64,000 bases of DNA, from the NCBI GenBank assembly GCA_902802825.1, contig CADCNV010000001.1:567-64566 (forward strand), read 5' to 3'. Origin of the DNA: an uncultured bacterium. Lineage in GTDB: Bacteria; Cyanobacteriota; Vampirovibrionia; Gastranaerophilales; Gastranaerophilaceae. Under the pieces are notes generated by a model, which worked only from the letters and a program-made list of their open reading frames with translations, was not told the DNA's origin and ran no database searches. The position numbers were made by a program, and so were the translations under genes. This document shows, one piece after another, positions 8,356 through 17,834 of the stretch (the stretch's first letter is position 1; every line of letters starts with the position of its first letter).

Positions 8356-8857
8356 AATTTATATTTATACTTCCTAATGCTTTTTTTTGCCAATCTACTA
8401 CAAAATCATACTCAGGTTGTGTCTGGTGGTCAAATCCCAAAAGATGCATTATACCGTGAGTAATGAAAAATGCGAGCTCATCTTCTTTTGAAATTTCCTT
8501 TTCTTTGGCTCCTTCAATCATTTTATCAAGAGCAATGATTATTTCTCCGAGGTTTATATCCCCGTCAAGCACAAATCTTTCATCTTTTGGACTATCTGCA
8601 AATACTGCAAATGTGATAATATCCGCAGGATAGTCCTTGCTGCGGTATTCAAGATTTATGGCATGTGTCTGTCCGCTATTGCAAAATACAAAGTCAAATG
8701 AAACTGATTCGTATTCATAATCAGTCAGACAGCAATTTGTTTTAATTTCATTCTGATTTAATAAATACTCAAATGTTGATTTTGCTGTATTCTTAACCCA
8801 ATCAAAATCCAAATTCCAACCATCAAATTCGTTTGTACATTCAATATTGATATTCAT
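8342..8857 (-). CDS. ybeY: rRNA maturation endoribonuclease YbeY
   Basis: HGIMHLLGFDHQT zinc motif. Overlaps dgkA by 14 nt. Confidence 0.85.
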   Translation of the reverse strand: MNINIECTNEFDGWNLDFDWVKNTAKSTFEYLLNQNEIKTNCCLTDYEYESVSFDFVFCNSGQTHAINLEYRSKDYPADIITFAVFADSPKDERFVLDGDINLGEIIIALDKMIEGAKEKEISKEDELAFFITHGIMHLLGFDHQTQPEYDFVVDWQKKALGSININYDKI

Positions 8858-8941
8858 ATCAGTATTTTACCACAAATTGCTTTTCAAAACAAAATCGGCA
8901 CCGTGTAATCGGCACCGATTTCGAATAACTCTTTAAATTTA

Positions 8942-10247
8942 TTATTTGTTCATTTCTTTTACGATTTTATCTGCTTCTTCTTTGGTTAAGCCGGTTGCAG
9001 CTACTGACGTTTCTACTGAACCATCTGCTTTTTTGCATGTTGTAATAATTTTGTAACCATTTGAAGTTTTTTCTGTTCTTGTTTTATTTTTTGCTTCCTG
9101 GCTTACTCCTTTAGTTTTGTCATATTTTGATTTTTGAACTTTATTGTCCTGATATTTAGCACCGCCGAGTTCTTTTGGTAACTGTTCAGGGAAATAATAT
9201 GCATCATATAATGTTTTCCCTTTTTGTTCTATTCTTGGGATAATTGTTTTGCCTGAAGCATCCTGACCTGATTTTGGTAAACCCATTTGTTCTCTGATGT
9301 ATTCACGAACTTTTTTGTTTTGTTCAGGGTCTTTAATACCGTATTTTGCTTCGATTACTTTGTCAAGACGGTCACCTGCCTGCATTTTATATGCAATATT
9401 TTTTATTTCTTTTTTAGTTACATCTTCTTTTGCCGTTGCCTTGCAATCTTTTTCAGGATTTGCAGGGGCTACAGGTGCTGCTCCATTGCTGCATCCTTTG
9501 CAATCTTTGAGTAAATATGCTGCGCCTGCGAGAAGCAATAACGGAATACCCCATTTACCTAATTTTTTGCCAAATTTACCAAGTTTCCCAAAGAACCCTG
9601 ATTTTGGTGTCGCATTTGGTTTTGGACCAGGAGCCGGAGTAGGTTTTGGTCCCGGAGCCGGATTTGGTTTTGGACCTTCGACCGGAGCTTGAATCGGAGC
9701 CGGAGTTGGGAGCCGGATTTGGTTTTGGACCTTCGACCGGAGCTTGAATCGGAGCCGGAGTTGGTTTTGGTGTTGGCTTCTCAATCAAAGCCGGTAAATT
9801 AGGAGTTGGTTTTACCACAGGAATTGGATTTGCATCTTTATATCCAAAACTTCTCCACCATTCAGCTGTTTCCGGAGTTACAGGTATTTTTGCCCCTTTA
9901 AAAGGTTCAAAAGGACAAGTTGCAGTGACTGTTCCTTTAGCAGCTTTTCTGTTTTCAGCTTTGCGCAAACTTTTTTGTAATTCGCTTTCGCCTTTGTTTA
10001 TTCCTAATCTTTCATCAATGGCTGCTGCACTTACTTCAGGTCTTTCTTTTAGGCATTTACCAATATAACTTTTAACCCTTTTGCCTGCTTCAGCTTGGGA
10101 CATAATTCTTCCTGTAACCGGATCTTGCGCTCTTATGCCGTATATTGCATTCTGCGTATTTTTTGCTTCCGATTTAGAAATAACTCTTCCGGTTTTCGGA
10201 TTTTTTGCATAAACATGATAATTGACGATGTCATTGATAGAAACCAT
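8942..10247 (-). pseudogene. LysM-like/proline-rich single-pass membrane protein gene, frameshifted by a 55-bp tandem duplication
   Basis: ORFs 9576..10247 and 8942..9784 overlap in different frames, and both encode PTPAPIQAPVEGPKPNPAP. Removing one 55-bp copy fuses them into one 416-aa ORF. aaggagg SD before 10247. Confidence 0.75.
9655..9764. repeat. Perfect 55-bp tandem direct repeat (2 copies)
   Basis: gagccggatttggttttggaccttcgaccggagcttgaatcggagccggagttgg occurs at 9655-9709 and again at 9710-9764. Confidence 0.95.
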
Positions 10248-10329
10248 TTTAATTCCTCCTTAAATCCCCTATAAAATTTTTAGTATCCCCTATGTTTTTA
10301 TAAACAATTTTTGTAAGTAAAAATTGACT

Positions 10330-10372
10330 AAAAAAAATCAAAGAATTCCAACACTAGGTTGAAATCCTTTGA
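10330..10372 (-). terminator. Intrinsic terminator after pgpH
   Basis: 15-bp stem. It is perfect with two G-U pairs only when read on the minus strand, where a U-run follows (A-run 10330-10337 on the plus strand). Confidence 0.7.
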
Positions 10373-10412
10373 TAATCATTATTTTACAAACTTAACAATT
10401 TTTAATAATTAT

Positions 10413-12563
10413 TTATAGTGTATGAAAATTGTCATTTTCTTCTTCGGGCTTATCTGAGGGGGCTATGGTTTTTGAGGCCTCCAACTCTTTTATTTTATTC
10501 TCTAAATCACTGTCAAGAGCTTGCGCAGGTATATCTATTTTGTTTTTCTTGAATTCTTTTGCAATATCTTCCTGATATTTAATTCTGTCATGCTGCATGC
10601 CTCTTAATACTCTATTAAATGTTGTAGCTATGATTTTGATATCTTTAAGTGTAAGCGGGCTGTCCTCCAATTGTCCGTCATCCAAGCGTTCTGTAATAAT
10701 TTTGTTGATAATATTCCCGATTTCTTCTGATGTTGCGCCTTTCATTGCTCTGACTGCGGATTCTACCGCGTCTGCAATCATAAGAATGGCTGTTTCTTTG
10801 GAATTTGGTTTTGGTCCTGTGTAGCGGAATTGCTGGAGTATAAAATCATTTATAATACTTGGTAATCCGTATTCTTTTGCAAGCTCAACCCCATCTTTTG
10901 TGTGTGCGGTAATAACCATTTTACTTAATCTCGGGGTCAAATTGTTGTGTGGGTTTTCTATACTGAAATAAGATTGATTTTCTACAAAGAATAAAGGACG
11001 TTTAAGTTTCCCTATATCATGGTAAAACGCTCCGACTCTTGCCAAAATCGGATTGGCTCCGATTGCTTCCGCTGCAGCTTCACATAAAGTAGAAACCATC
11101 AGACTGTGGTGATATGTTCCGGGTGCTTCCATCTGAAGCCGTTTCAGCAACGCCTGATTGTGATCACCTAATTCTGCCAATCCGTATGGAGTAATAATAT
11201 GAAAAGTACTTTCTAATAGCGGAGATAGTCCCAAAGCCAAAATGGAACTTATTAATGTGTTTATAAATATAAATGTACAATCTTTTATAATCAAATAGTT
11301 GTCAACATCGATTAAGCATTTGTCAATCAAATACAAACTCAGCATGATGAGTACTCCTGCTATACCCAAATGAAATCCGAGTTTGATGAGGTCAAAACGT
11401 CTTGTATATTTTATTTTTGAAGTCGTTATCATAGAAATTAGTGACAAAAGTATGAATACAACGATAAATTGTGATTTGTACTGAATACCGGTTGTCATTA
11501 TTGATAAAATTAAAGTAGATAACAAAAATGCAATTCTCGGATTTAAAAATATTGATGCAATAATGACAACTGCAGGAATAGGGATTACATAAGGTGAAAA
11601 TCCTGTTGGCAGCAGAACTCCTGTTGCGCATGCAATTATTGACAAAACTGCAGACAAAGATAAATAACGCGGTTCATTATATTTTTTTTCAAAAAATTTC
11701 AGATATGCAAGATATATGATACTTATAACAAATACAAGAATATAAACCGATAAAACACCCTGCCAATTAAGTTCATATACGTTATACCCTGCTTCTCTGA
11801 GGGCATCTCTTTTTAATCTTGTGATTGGTTCGCCTTTGTCAACAATTTGTTCATCTTTTTCAAATGTAACCATATATGGTTTTACTGATTGTTGTGCATT
11901 TAATTTCGCAAGTTCTGTTGCGGCATCATCAACAACAAGATTCGGAACAATTACTTGCTCTAATATTGCGCATATTACGGCAACCTGTCGTTTGGAAACA
12001 TTGCTGACTAAGTTATTTAATATAATTTTATTAACATTATCTTTACTGTAATCGGTTTCAGTAATCCCTTTTTGCAGGATATTGTTAAGTGACAAAGATG
12101 CTTTGTCAAAGGCCTCGCGTAAGCTTTCTTCATCGACATTTAAAAGAAAATTGACTATAAAGTCCTGTTTGGGGTTGTCAGTAAGATCTAAAAGTATATT
12201 TATTTTATTAATCTTTTCTTTGTCTGTTATATCTTTTTCTCTTATTTGAAAAATAGCATTTTGAAGTGTTTTGAGATTGGACTTAATAAAATCGTCTTCT
12301 GCAGGTACAAGTTTTGGTTCAACCTTTTTTACGGCATCTCTTTTGTGTGCCTTTGTTCTTTCAATATCTTCAACGGTTATTGTTTTTTGAGCAATAATCT
12401 CTTTTTTGCTTTTACCGTTTTCAATTACGTTCTGGAAAAAGAAGTTTTGAGAAGATATTATTGCAGTAATTACAAGAGTAAAACATATCAAATAGAAGAA
12501 TTTGATAAACTTTGAAGAAGTGAAAAACTCTCTCGCTGCTTCTAAATATTCAATTTTAGCCAT
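10413..12563 (-). CDS. pgpH: 7TM-HD (HDIG) membrane phosphohydrolase, PgpH/YqfF family
   Basis: Extracellular N-domain, 7 TM segments, HD domain (GTYHHS, FYHDIGK, FRYTGPKP, IADAVESAVR). The expected HHG-containing segment before FRY appears to be absent. Confidence 0.8.
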   Translation of the reverse strand: MAKIEYLEAAREFFTSSKFIKFFYLICFTLVITAIISSQNFFFQNVIENGKSKKEIIAQKTITVEDIERTKAHKRDAVKKVEPKLVPAEDDFIKSNLKTLQNAIFQIREKDITDKEKINKINILLDLTDNPKQDFIVNFLLNVDEESLREAFDKASLSLNNILQKGITETDYSKDNVNKIILNNLVSNVSKRQVAVICAILEQVIVPNLVVDDAATELAKLNAQQSVKPYMVTFEKDEQIVDKGEPITRLKRDALREAGYNVYELNWQGVLSVYILVFVISIIYLAYLKFFEKKYNEPRYLSLSAVLSIIACATGVLLPTGFSPYVIPIPAVVIIASIFLNPRIAFLLSTLILSIMTTGIQYKSQFIVVFILLSLISMITTSKIKYTRRFDLIKLGFHLGIAGVLIMLSLYLIDKCLIDVDNYLIIKDCTFIFINTLISSILALGLSPLLESTFHIITPYGLAELGDHNQALLKRLQMEAPGTYHHSLMVSTLCEAAAEAIGANPILARVGAFYHDIGKLKRPLFFVENQSYFSIENPHNNLTPRLSKMVITAHTKDGVELAKEYGLPSIINDFILQQFRYTGPKPNSKETAILMIADAVESAVRAMKGATSEEIGNIINKIITERLDDGQLEDSPLTLKDIKIIATTFNRVLRGMQHDRIKYQEDIAKEFKKNKIDIPAQALDSDLENKIKELEASKTIAPSDKPEEENDNFHTL

Positions 12564-12684
12564 ATATATATAATTCCTATTTTATTCTGTTTTTTTTATA
12601 TATATATTCTATAACCATTCCAAAATTTTTCAAGTCAAAATCATTCGCTTGATGTATGAAAGTATAAATAATATTTAATGCTTG

Positions 12685-15600
12685 CTATCTTCTTTTTCTG
12701 CCATTTTGTGCAGAAGATGCGGCATTCACTTTTTGAGAACGTCTTTTTGAATCAATAGCGCCATCTTTATTGAATCTTGCAAGTTTAACATCGGATTTGT
12801 CTGTTGTATCGAATTTTGCATATACTTTTGCATATTCATTTGCCATTGCAACATCATTAGGATTGTTTCCGTTTAATTCTGCATTTAGTGAAGATTGATT
12901 AAAGCCGGTACTGATATCCTTGGTTGATGGTTGAGGAATGTATGCAGTGTTATTAAAGCTGTTATTATTGATGTTTTCTTGATTATTATTTTGGTCTTGA
13001 TTTAAAGTGTTTTCACCTGAATTTTGTTTTTCTTCGTCAGAAATTATATGTGCTTCTTTTTCAGCAGGCAAATTATCCATTTTATCAAGTTTTGCTTTTG
13101 CGATGTTTTTTTCTGCTTTAGACATATTTTTTTGTTGTTCAATTCTTGATTTTGACTGATCTTGGAGTTGTTTATTATTATCATCAATTTTGTGTTCAAC
13201 ATTATCGCTTACAAGCTTGGCTGCTACGCCTGTTGCCGCAACGGCAGCATTTTGTATAAGAGTTTTTGCCCATAATGCAGCAAGAGGCCAGCACCATGGC
13301 CCTCCTGCCATAAGTATTGCAATTAATGCAGTAATTATTCCTTGTGCGACAATCGTTTCTGCTATAATGACGTCTCCGACTGCGTCATTATTATCATTTC
13401 TTTCTGTTAATTTAGTATTAAGGTCATTAAACCCTTTTGATGAAAGGTTCGATTCTTTCATTGTTTTTAGAACTTTTGATTTTGGTTCTTCAATTGAAGA
13501 TAAAAGTTTTTCATCTTTTTGTGCCATGAGTGAAACTTGTTTGCGAATGACACTTTTTGCACCTGCTGTCGGGTCTTCATATTCAACAATGTCTTCTTCT
13601 TTCATTTTGCCTGACTGAACAAGTTTTATTTGGTTTTGGTACATTGCAAATTGATAATCAATTGCTGCATTTTGCAGTTCTTTAAGCTGTTGAGTATAAA
13701 TTTTTGATTGAGCAAAATTTTTATCGTGTTCAGCTTTTATTTGATTAGCTTTGGTCGTTAATGCCTTTGATGCATCTTCTGCAGATTTTGCATCCTTGTC
13801 AGCAAGTTCTCCGCTTTCGTCAACTATACCCTTTTTAGAGTATAAATCAAGTATTGACAGTCCGACAATAGCTGCCCATTTAAGAATTGCAAAAGTGAAA
13901 CTCGCAGGCCCAAGCCCAATAAGAGATACAATATTATTTGCAACTACAAGTTTTACAAAATCGAAGTTATTTCCATATTCATCTTTTAATGATGCCTGAT
14001 GGTCTACAATTTCTTCTTTTTGATTATTTTTTTCCGTTTTATTTGTTTTCTCTGTGTTTGAAGTTGAATTATCTGATTTGGATGTTTTCTTTGTTTCGGT
14101 TACTTCAAATTTATGTGTGCCATTATAAGAAGAAATCAGATCTTCCGGTTGTCTTCCTTGTACTATGTTTTGTACTACATATTCTTTTAGATCTTCCGTA
14201 TTCGTGTCTGTTTGTCGATTTGTGGTCTCAGATGTTTCATTATCATCCGTGTCCGAATTAATAATAGTTTCGTTTTCATTAATTTCCTGTTCAGAATTTT
14301 GATTTGATACAAAATTTTCATTTTCTGGAATAATATCCTGTGTATTTGCATCAGGTTCAGCGATATTCTGAGGTTCTAATTCGGTATTCACACCAGGAAT
14401 TGCAGAATTAATTTTTGCAGTATCAACATTTGTTGTGTCTTCTTCATTTAAATTTGAATCGCTATTTGTGTTGTTTGTTTGGTTATTATTTAAAATAGTA
14501 TTATTAGTATTATTATCGTCTTCAGTTAAAACCGTAACATTGTTATTAATAGCATCATCAATATTGTTTTCAGATATAGTATTTGTATTGCTATTCACAA
14601 CAGCATCAGTGCTTTCTTCTGATATAGAATTGGTATCGTTATTAATAGTATTATCAATATTGTCTTCAGATATAGTATTGGTATCGTTATTAACAACGTT
14701 ATTTGTTTTTTCTTCTTCCTGAATTACTGATTTAGGGCTGTCTGTATTTTCTTTGTTTTCTTCTGTTTCAATTTCTGTATTGTTTATTATTTCATTTTCT
14801 GCGGATTCTTTTGTATTTTTATTCTCATCTGAAATATTTTGGGTGTTTGTAATGTCTGTTCCATTCTTCATTTCAGTTGATTCTGATTCTGAAGAATTTT
14901 TATTATTCAGGGTAATATCTTTTTGGTCAGATGTTATTTCTGCTAATATATTTGTTTGTGTCTGATTGTCAGTTTTAGTTGAAGTCGTTTCGTTTTGATT
15001 TTTGTTTTGGGAAACTTCGTCCTTATTTTCATTTTGTTCATCTGTATCTTTAACTTCTGTTTTATCTGTGCTAAAGGATTCGATGTCTAAAACATTTTCT
15101 ATATGTTCTGCAGTATGAGTGTATTCATCGGCAAAAGATATAATTTCTTTTGTTGTATCACTATTAATAATTACATTTGCTTCATTGCTTATATTTTCTA
15201 AGTCATGACCTATTTTTTCTGCAACTAAAGATAACTGAATATCATTTATTCCGCTCAGTCTATCTGCTAAAGATGAACTGGTTGTTGATGCCATTTTGTA
15301 TGCGTGTGCTCGGTGAAAAATGTTTAATCCGTCATCTAAATTTGATAAATTTGCTGCAGCATTGATTGTGCTTCCGGCTATATTTCTGCCTTCAGTAGTT
15401 TTATTTTGCAAATCATCTATTGAATCAAGAAAATCATCCAGTTGAACGGCATCATTTTGCATTTGTTTAATTATGTCGCTGTTTTTGTCGAGTTTCTTTG
15501 ATAATTTAGTATATTCTGCGTATTCGGAAGATGTTATTGTTCCTTCTTTTTTCTTCTTATCAAGTTCTTTCCATTCATTTACCATTTTTTCGGTTTTATC

Positions 15601-16290
15601 TATTGAACTTTGATTTAATATATTTTTTTGCTTTTTGCTGATATCAGAAGCTTTGCCTGCGTACTCATTTGTTTTTTCTGATTTTTTTATAATATCTTCC
15701 TGAGCTTTTTTAGATTTGACTGAATAATCTTTTACCTGTGCGCGGATCTTATTTATTTCTGATTCCCCGGTTTTTTGGTTTTTAAAATTATCGTCATTAT
15801 ATTCAGAATTGTCTGAAACGATTACATAATCAGTAACGTCTGCTTCTTGCTGCCCCTTTGCCCAACCAAGAACAGCTTTTGGAATGTTGACACCATTATT
15901 TGCCATTGCAATAATTTCTTCATAAGAATATTGTGCATATTTAGGATCCGGTGCAACATCAAGCCCCCCAAGTACCTTGTCGTAATGGCCGTTAAAGCTC
16001 ATGTTTATTTGTCTTTGAGCGTATTGGAGATAAAAAGCATCACTAAATTTTTGATTCTGACCTCCACTTGGAGTAAAATCTTGTTCTCCCTGATATTTTA
16101 ATTGCCCCGCAAGAGCCACTACTTCCGGGCTGTATCCGGCAGCTTCATTTGTATCAATAGGCAATGACTTGCTGTGGTCTTTAATGTTCCCAAAGCCGGT
16201 ATGTTTATTTATAGATGTTTTCAGCGATTTTGAAACATTTGCTCTTTCAGCTTCCGGTGTCGCTGCTACTGTTTTTGTGTACTTACTCAT
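12685..16290 (-). CDS. Very large hypothetical membrane protein (1201 aa) with an Asn/Thr/Glu-rich low-complexity core
   Basis: Single long ORF. It has coiled-coil-like Lys/Glu segments, two hydrophobic hairpin regions (VVANNIVSLIGLGPASFTFAILKWAAIVGLSIL and IITALIAILMAGGPWCWPLAALWAKTLIQNAAVAATGVAA) and a basic C-terminus. Confidence 0.7.
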   Translation of the reverse strand: MSKYTKTVAATPEAERANVSKSLKTSINKHTGFGNIKDHSKSLPIDTNEAAGYSPEVVALAGQLKYQGEQDFTPSGGQNQKFSDAFYLQYAQRQINMSFNGHYDKVLGGLDVAPDPKYAQYSYEEIIAMANNGVNIPKAVLGWAKGQQEADVTDYVIVSDNSEYNDDNFKNQKTGESEINKIRAQVKDYSVKSKKAQEDIIKKSEKTNEYAGKASDISKKQKNILNQSSIDKTEKMVNEWKELDKKKKEGTITSSEYAEYTKLSKKLDKNSDIIKQMQNDAVQLDDFLDSIDDLQNKTTEGRNIAGSTINAAANLSNLDDGLNIFHRAHAYKMASTTSSSLADRLSGINDIQLSLVAEKIGHDLENISNEANVIINSDTTKEIISFADEYTHTAEHIENVLDIESFSTDKTEVKDTDEQNENKDEVSQNKNQNETTSTKTDNQTQTNILAEITSDQKDITLNNKNSSESESTEMKNGTDITNTQNISDENKNTKESAENEIINNTEIETEENKENTDSPKSVIQEEEKTNNVVNNDTNTISEDNIDNTINNDTNSISEESTDAVVNSNTNTISENNIDDAINNNVTVLTEDDNNTNNTILNNNQTNNTNSDSNLNEEDTTNVDTAKINSAIPGVNTELEPQNIAEPDANTQDIIPENENFVSNQNSEQEINENETIINSDTDDNETSETTNRQTDTNTEDLKEYVVQNIVQGRQPEDLISSYNGTHKFEVTETKKTSKSDNSTSNTEKTNKTEKNNQKEEIVDHQASLKDEYGNNFDFVKLVVANNIVSLIGLGPASFTFAILKWAAIVGLSILDLYSKKGIVDESGELADKDAKSAEDASKALTTKANQIKAEHDKNFAQSKIYTQQLKELQNAAIDYQFAMYQNQIKLVQSGKMKEEDIVEYEDPTAGAKSVIRKQVSLMAQKDEKLLSSIEEPKSKVLKTMKESNLSSKGFNDLNTKLTERNDNNDAVGDVIIAETIVAQGIITALIAILMAGGPWCWPLAALWAKTLIQNAAVAATGVAAKLVSDNVEHKIDDNNKQLQDQSKSRIEQQKNMSKAEKNIAKAKLDKMDNLPAEKEAHIISDEEKQNSGENTLNQDQNNNQENINNNSFNNTAYIPQPSTKDISTGFNQSSLNAELNGNNPNDVAMANEYAKVYAKFDTTDKSDVKLARFNKDGAIDSKRRSQKVNAASSAQNGRKRR
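14521..14712. repeat. Four degenerate 48-bp tandem repeats inside the giant ORF
   Basis: Units start at 14521, 14569, 14617 and 14665 (ttcagatatagta...). They encode the 16-aa repeats (NNDTNTISEDNIDNTI-like). Confidence 0.85.
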
Positions 16291-16371
16291 AATTTCTTGC
16301 CTATTGATTAGTAATTACTCATATCTAAAGACGGCAAGAATATTGATAAACTTTAAAAAAATACCCATAAA

Positions 16372-16418
16372 AAAATAATGCCGTTACAAATTGTTACAAT
16401 GTAACAGGCATTATTTTA
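16372..16418 (-). terminator. Intrinsic terminator after trxA
   Basis: ataatgcc gttaca ... tgtaac a ggcattat, with a U-run on the minus strand (A-run 16373-16379). Confidence 0.7.
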
Positions 16419-16431
16419 GTTTGTTAATAAA

Positions 16432-16755
16432 TTATATGTGCTTTTCTATATTTGTAATAATAGTTGATTTTGGCATTAATCCAACCATTCTTTCAACCGG
16501 CTGTCCTTTGTCAAAAACTAAAAGACAAGGGATTCCGCTTATTGAATATTTTTTTGCTGTTTCTTTGCTTTGTTCAACATTTACTTTTACAAACTTCACT
16601 TTTCCTTCGTAATCTTTTGAAATTTCTTCCAAAACAGGTCCTAATTTTCTGCATGGCCCGCACCATGTTGCCCAAAAATCAACAACTGTTGGGATGTCAG
16701 ATTGTTCTACTTCCTGTTCAAATATTTCATCTGTTAATTCTAAGATTTCTGCCAT
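16432..16755 (-). CDS. trxA: Thioredoxin
   Basis: 107 aa with the WATWCGPC active site. Confidence 0.95.
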   Translation of the reverse strand: MAEILELTDEIFEQEVEQSDIPTVVDFWATWCGPCRKLGPVLEEISKDYEGKVKFVKVNVEQSKETAKKYSISGIPCLLVFDKGQPVERMVGLMPKSTIITNIEKHI

Positions 16756-16847
16756 AATTCCTCTCCATTAATTTTATTACATGCCGCATTTTAACATAGA
16801 AAAATTTTTTGTGCTATTATCTAATGTAGGATTGTTAGGATAGAGAT

Positions 16848-17765
16848 ATGGCAAGAAAGAAAATAATTGAAATAGTTTTGGATACAGAAACAACCGGGCT
16901 TGATTATACTAAAGAAAAAATGGTTGAATTTGCTGCTGTCCGTCTTGAAAACGGAAAGATTAAAGATCAGTTCCAAACTTTAATTAATCCGCAACAGCAT
17001 ATAAGAAAATCAAGTATTGCTATTCACGGTATTACCCCTGAAATGGTAGAAGATGCTCCGACAGAAGAAGAAGCAATGCCAAAAATTCTTGAATTTATGG
17101 GGGACTACCCAATGGTTGCTCACAATGCGATATTTGATTATTCATTTATAAATGAAGCATCAAAAAGAGTAACGGGGAAAGAAATTCAAAATGAAAGAAT
17201 AGATACTCAGCAAATGTTCAAAGAAGTCTATCCTGATTTGGATGCGCATGGTCTTAATGCCTTAACTGAAAAATTTAAAGTTGAGTTAAAAGATCATCAC
17301 AGAGCAATGGGTGATACTATGGGACTGGCTCTTGCTTATCCAAAATTAAAAAAATTATATCTTCAGAGAAATGATTGGGCTAACAAAGAACTTGAAAATG
17401 TTGAATACCTGTTTGAAAGATTTTTGCGTATACAGAATACCGTCACTACATTACAATCCGAATTGCAGGACTTAAAATCAGTATTCAAATTGTACTTTGA
17501 TTTAGGCGGCAAACCGTTGACCTCAGAAGAAGGTGACTTATTAATATACAATTCAAAACAGTCTTTTGGATATGATTTTGAAGCAATAAAACCGGTACTT
17601 GAAGAATTAGGTGCATTATCAAAGGCAGCTCGGCTTAATACGGGCTTTGTTGACAGACTTGCAAACGGTCATAGTATTGATGACGAAAAAAGAGAAATTT
17701 TAAAAAGTGCCCGCACTGAATTGACTGAAACAAGAAATGTGCAAATAGTAAAAAATAACAAATAG
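16848..17765 (+). CDS. DEDDh 3'-5' exonuclease (DnaQ/epsilon-like) with a ~130-aa C-terminal extension
   Basis: VLDTETTGL, HNAIFDYSFI and HRAMGDT motifs. Confidence 0.75.
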   Translation: MARKKIIEIVLDTETTGLDYTKEKMVEFAAVRLENGKIKDQFQTLINPQQHIRKSSIAIHGITPEMVEDAPTEEEAMPKILEFMGDYPMVAHNAIFDYSFINEASKRVTGKEIQNERIDTQQMFKEVYPDLDAHGLNALTEKFKVELKDHHRAMGDTMGLALAYPKLKKLYLQRNDWANKELENVEYLFERFLRIQNTVTTLQSELQDLKSVFKLYFDLGGKPLTSEEGDLLIYNSKQSFGYDFEAIKPVLEELGALSKAARLNTGFVDRLANGHSIDDEKREILKSARTELTETRNVQIVKNNK

Positions 17766-17834
17766 CTGCCCGTTTTTGCGTTGTGAACGAAATCTTGTGA
17801 AGTGCAGAAATGGGAAATAAGGAGAAGGTAAATA

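Noticed and set aside
13190-13618. Numerous antisense or out-of-frame ORFs of 60-175 aa inside long genes. Examples are 468..746, 5104..5493, 9297..9692, 13190..13618, 14435..14722, 27192..27587, 30206..30733, 32450..32752, 43126..43473 and 40816..41118.
   Set aside because: They are shadow ORFs of well-supported genes on the opposite strand or in another frame. They are low-complexity, lack an SD and match no family motifs.
14521-14712. Regularly spaced 48-bp repeats, considered as a possible CRISPR array.
   Set aside because: The units are contiguous with no unique spacers, are degenerate, and lie in frame inside a long ORF encoding 16-aa peptide repeats.
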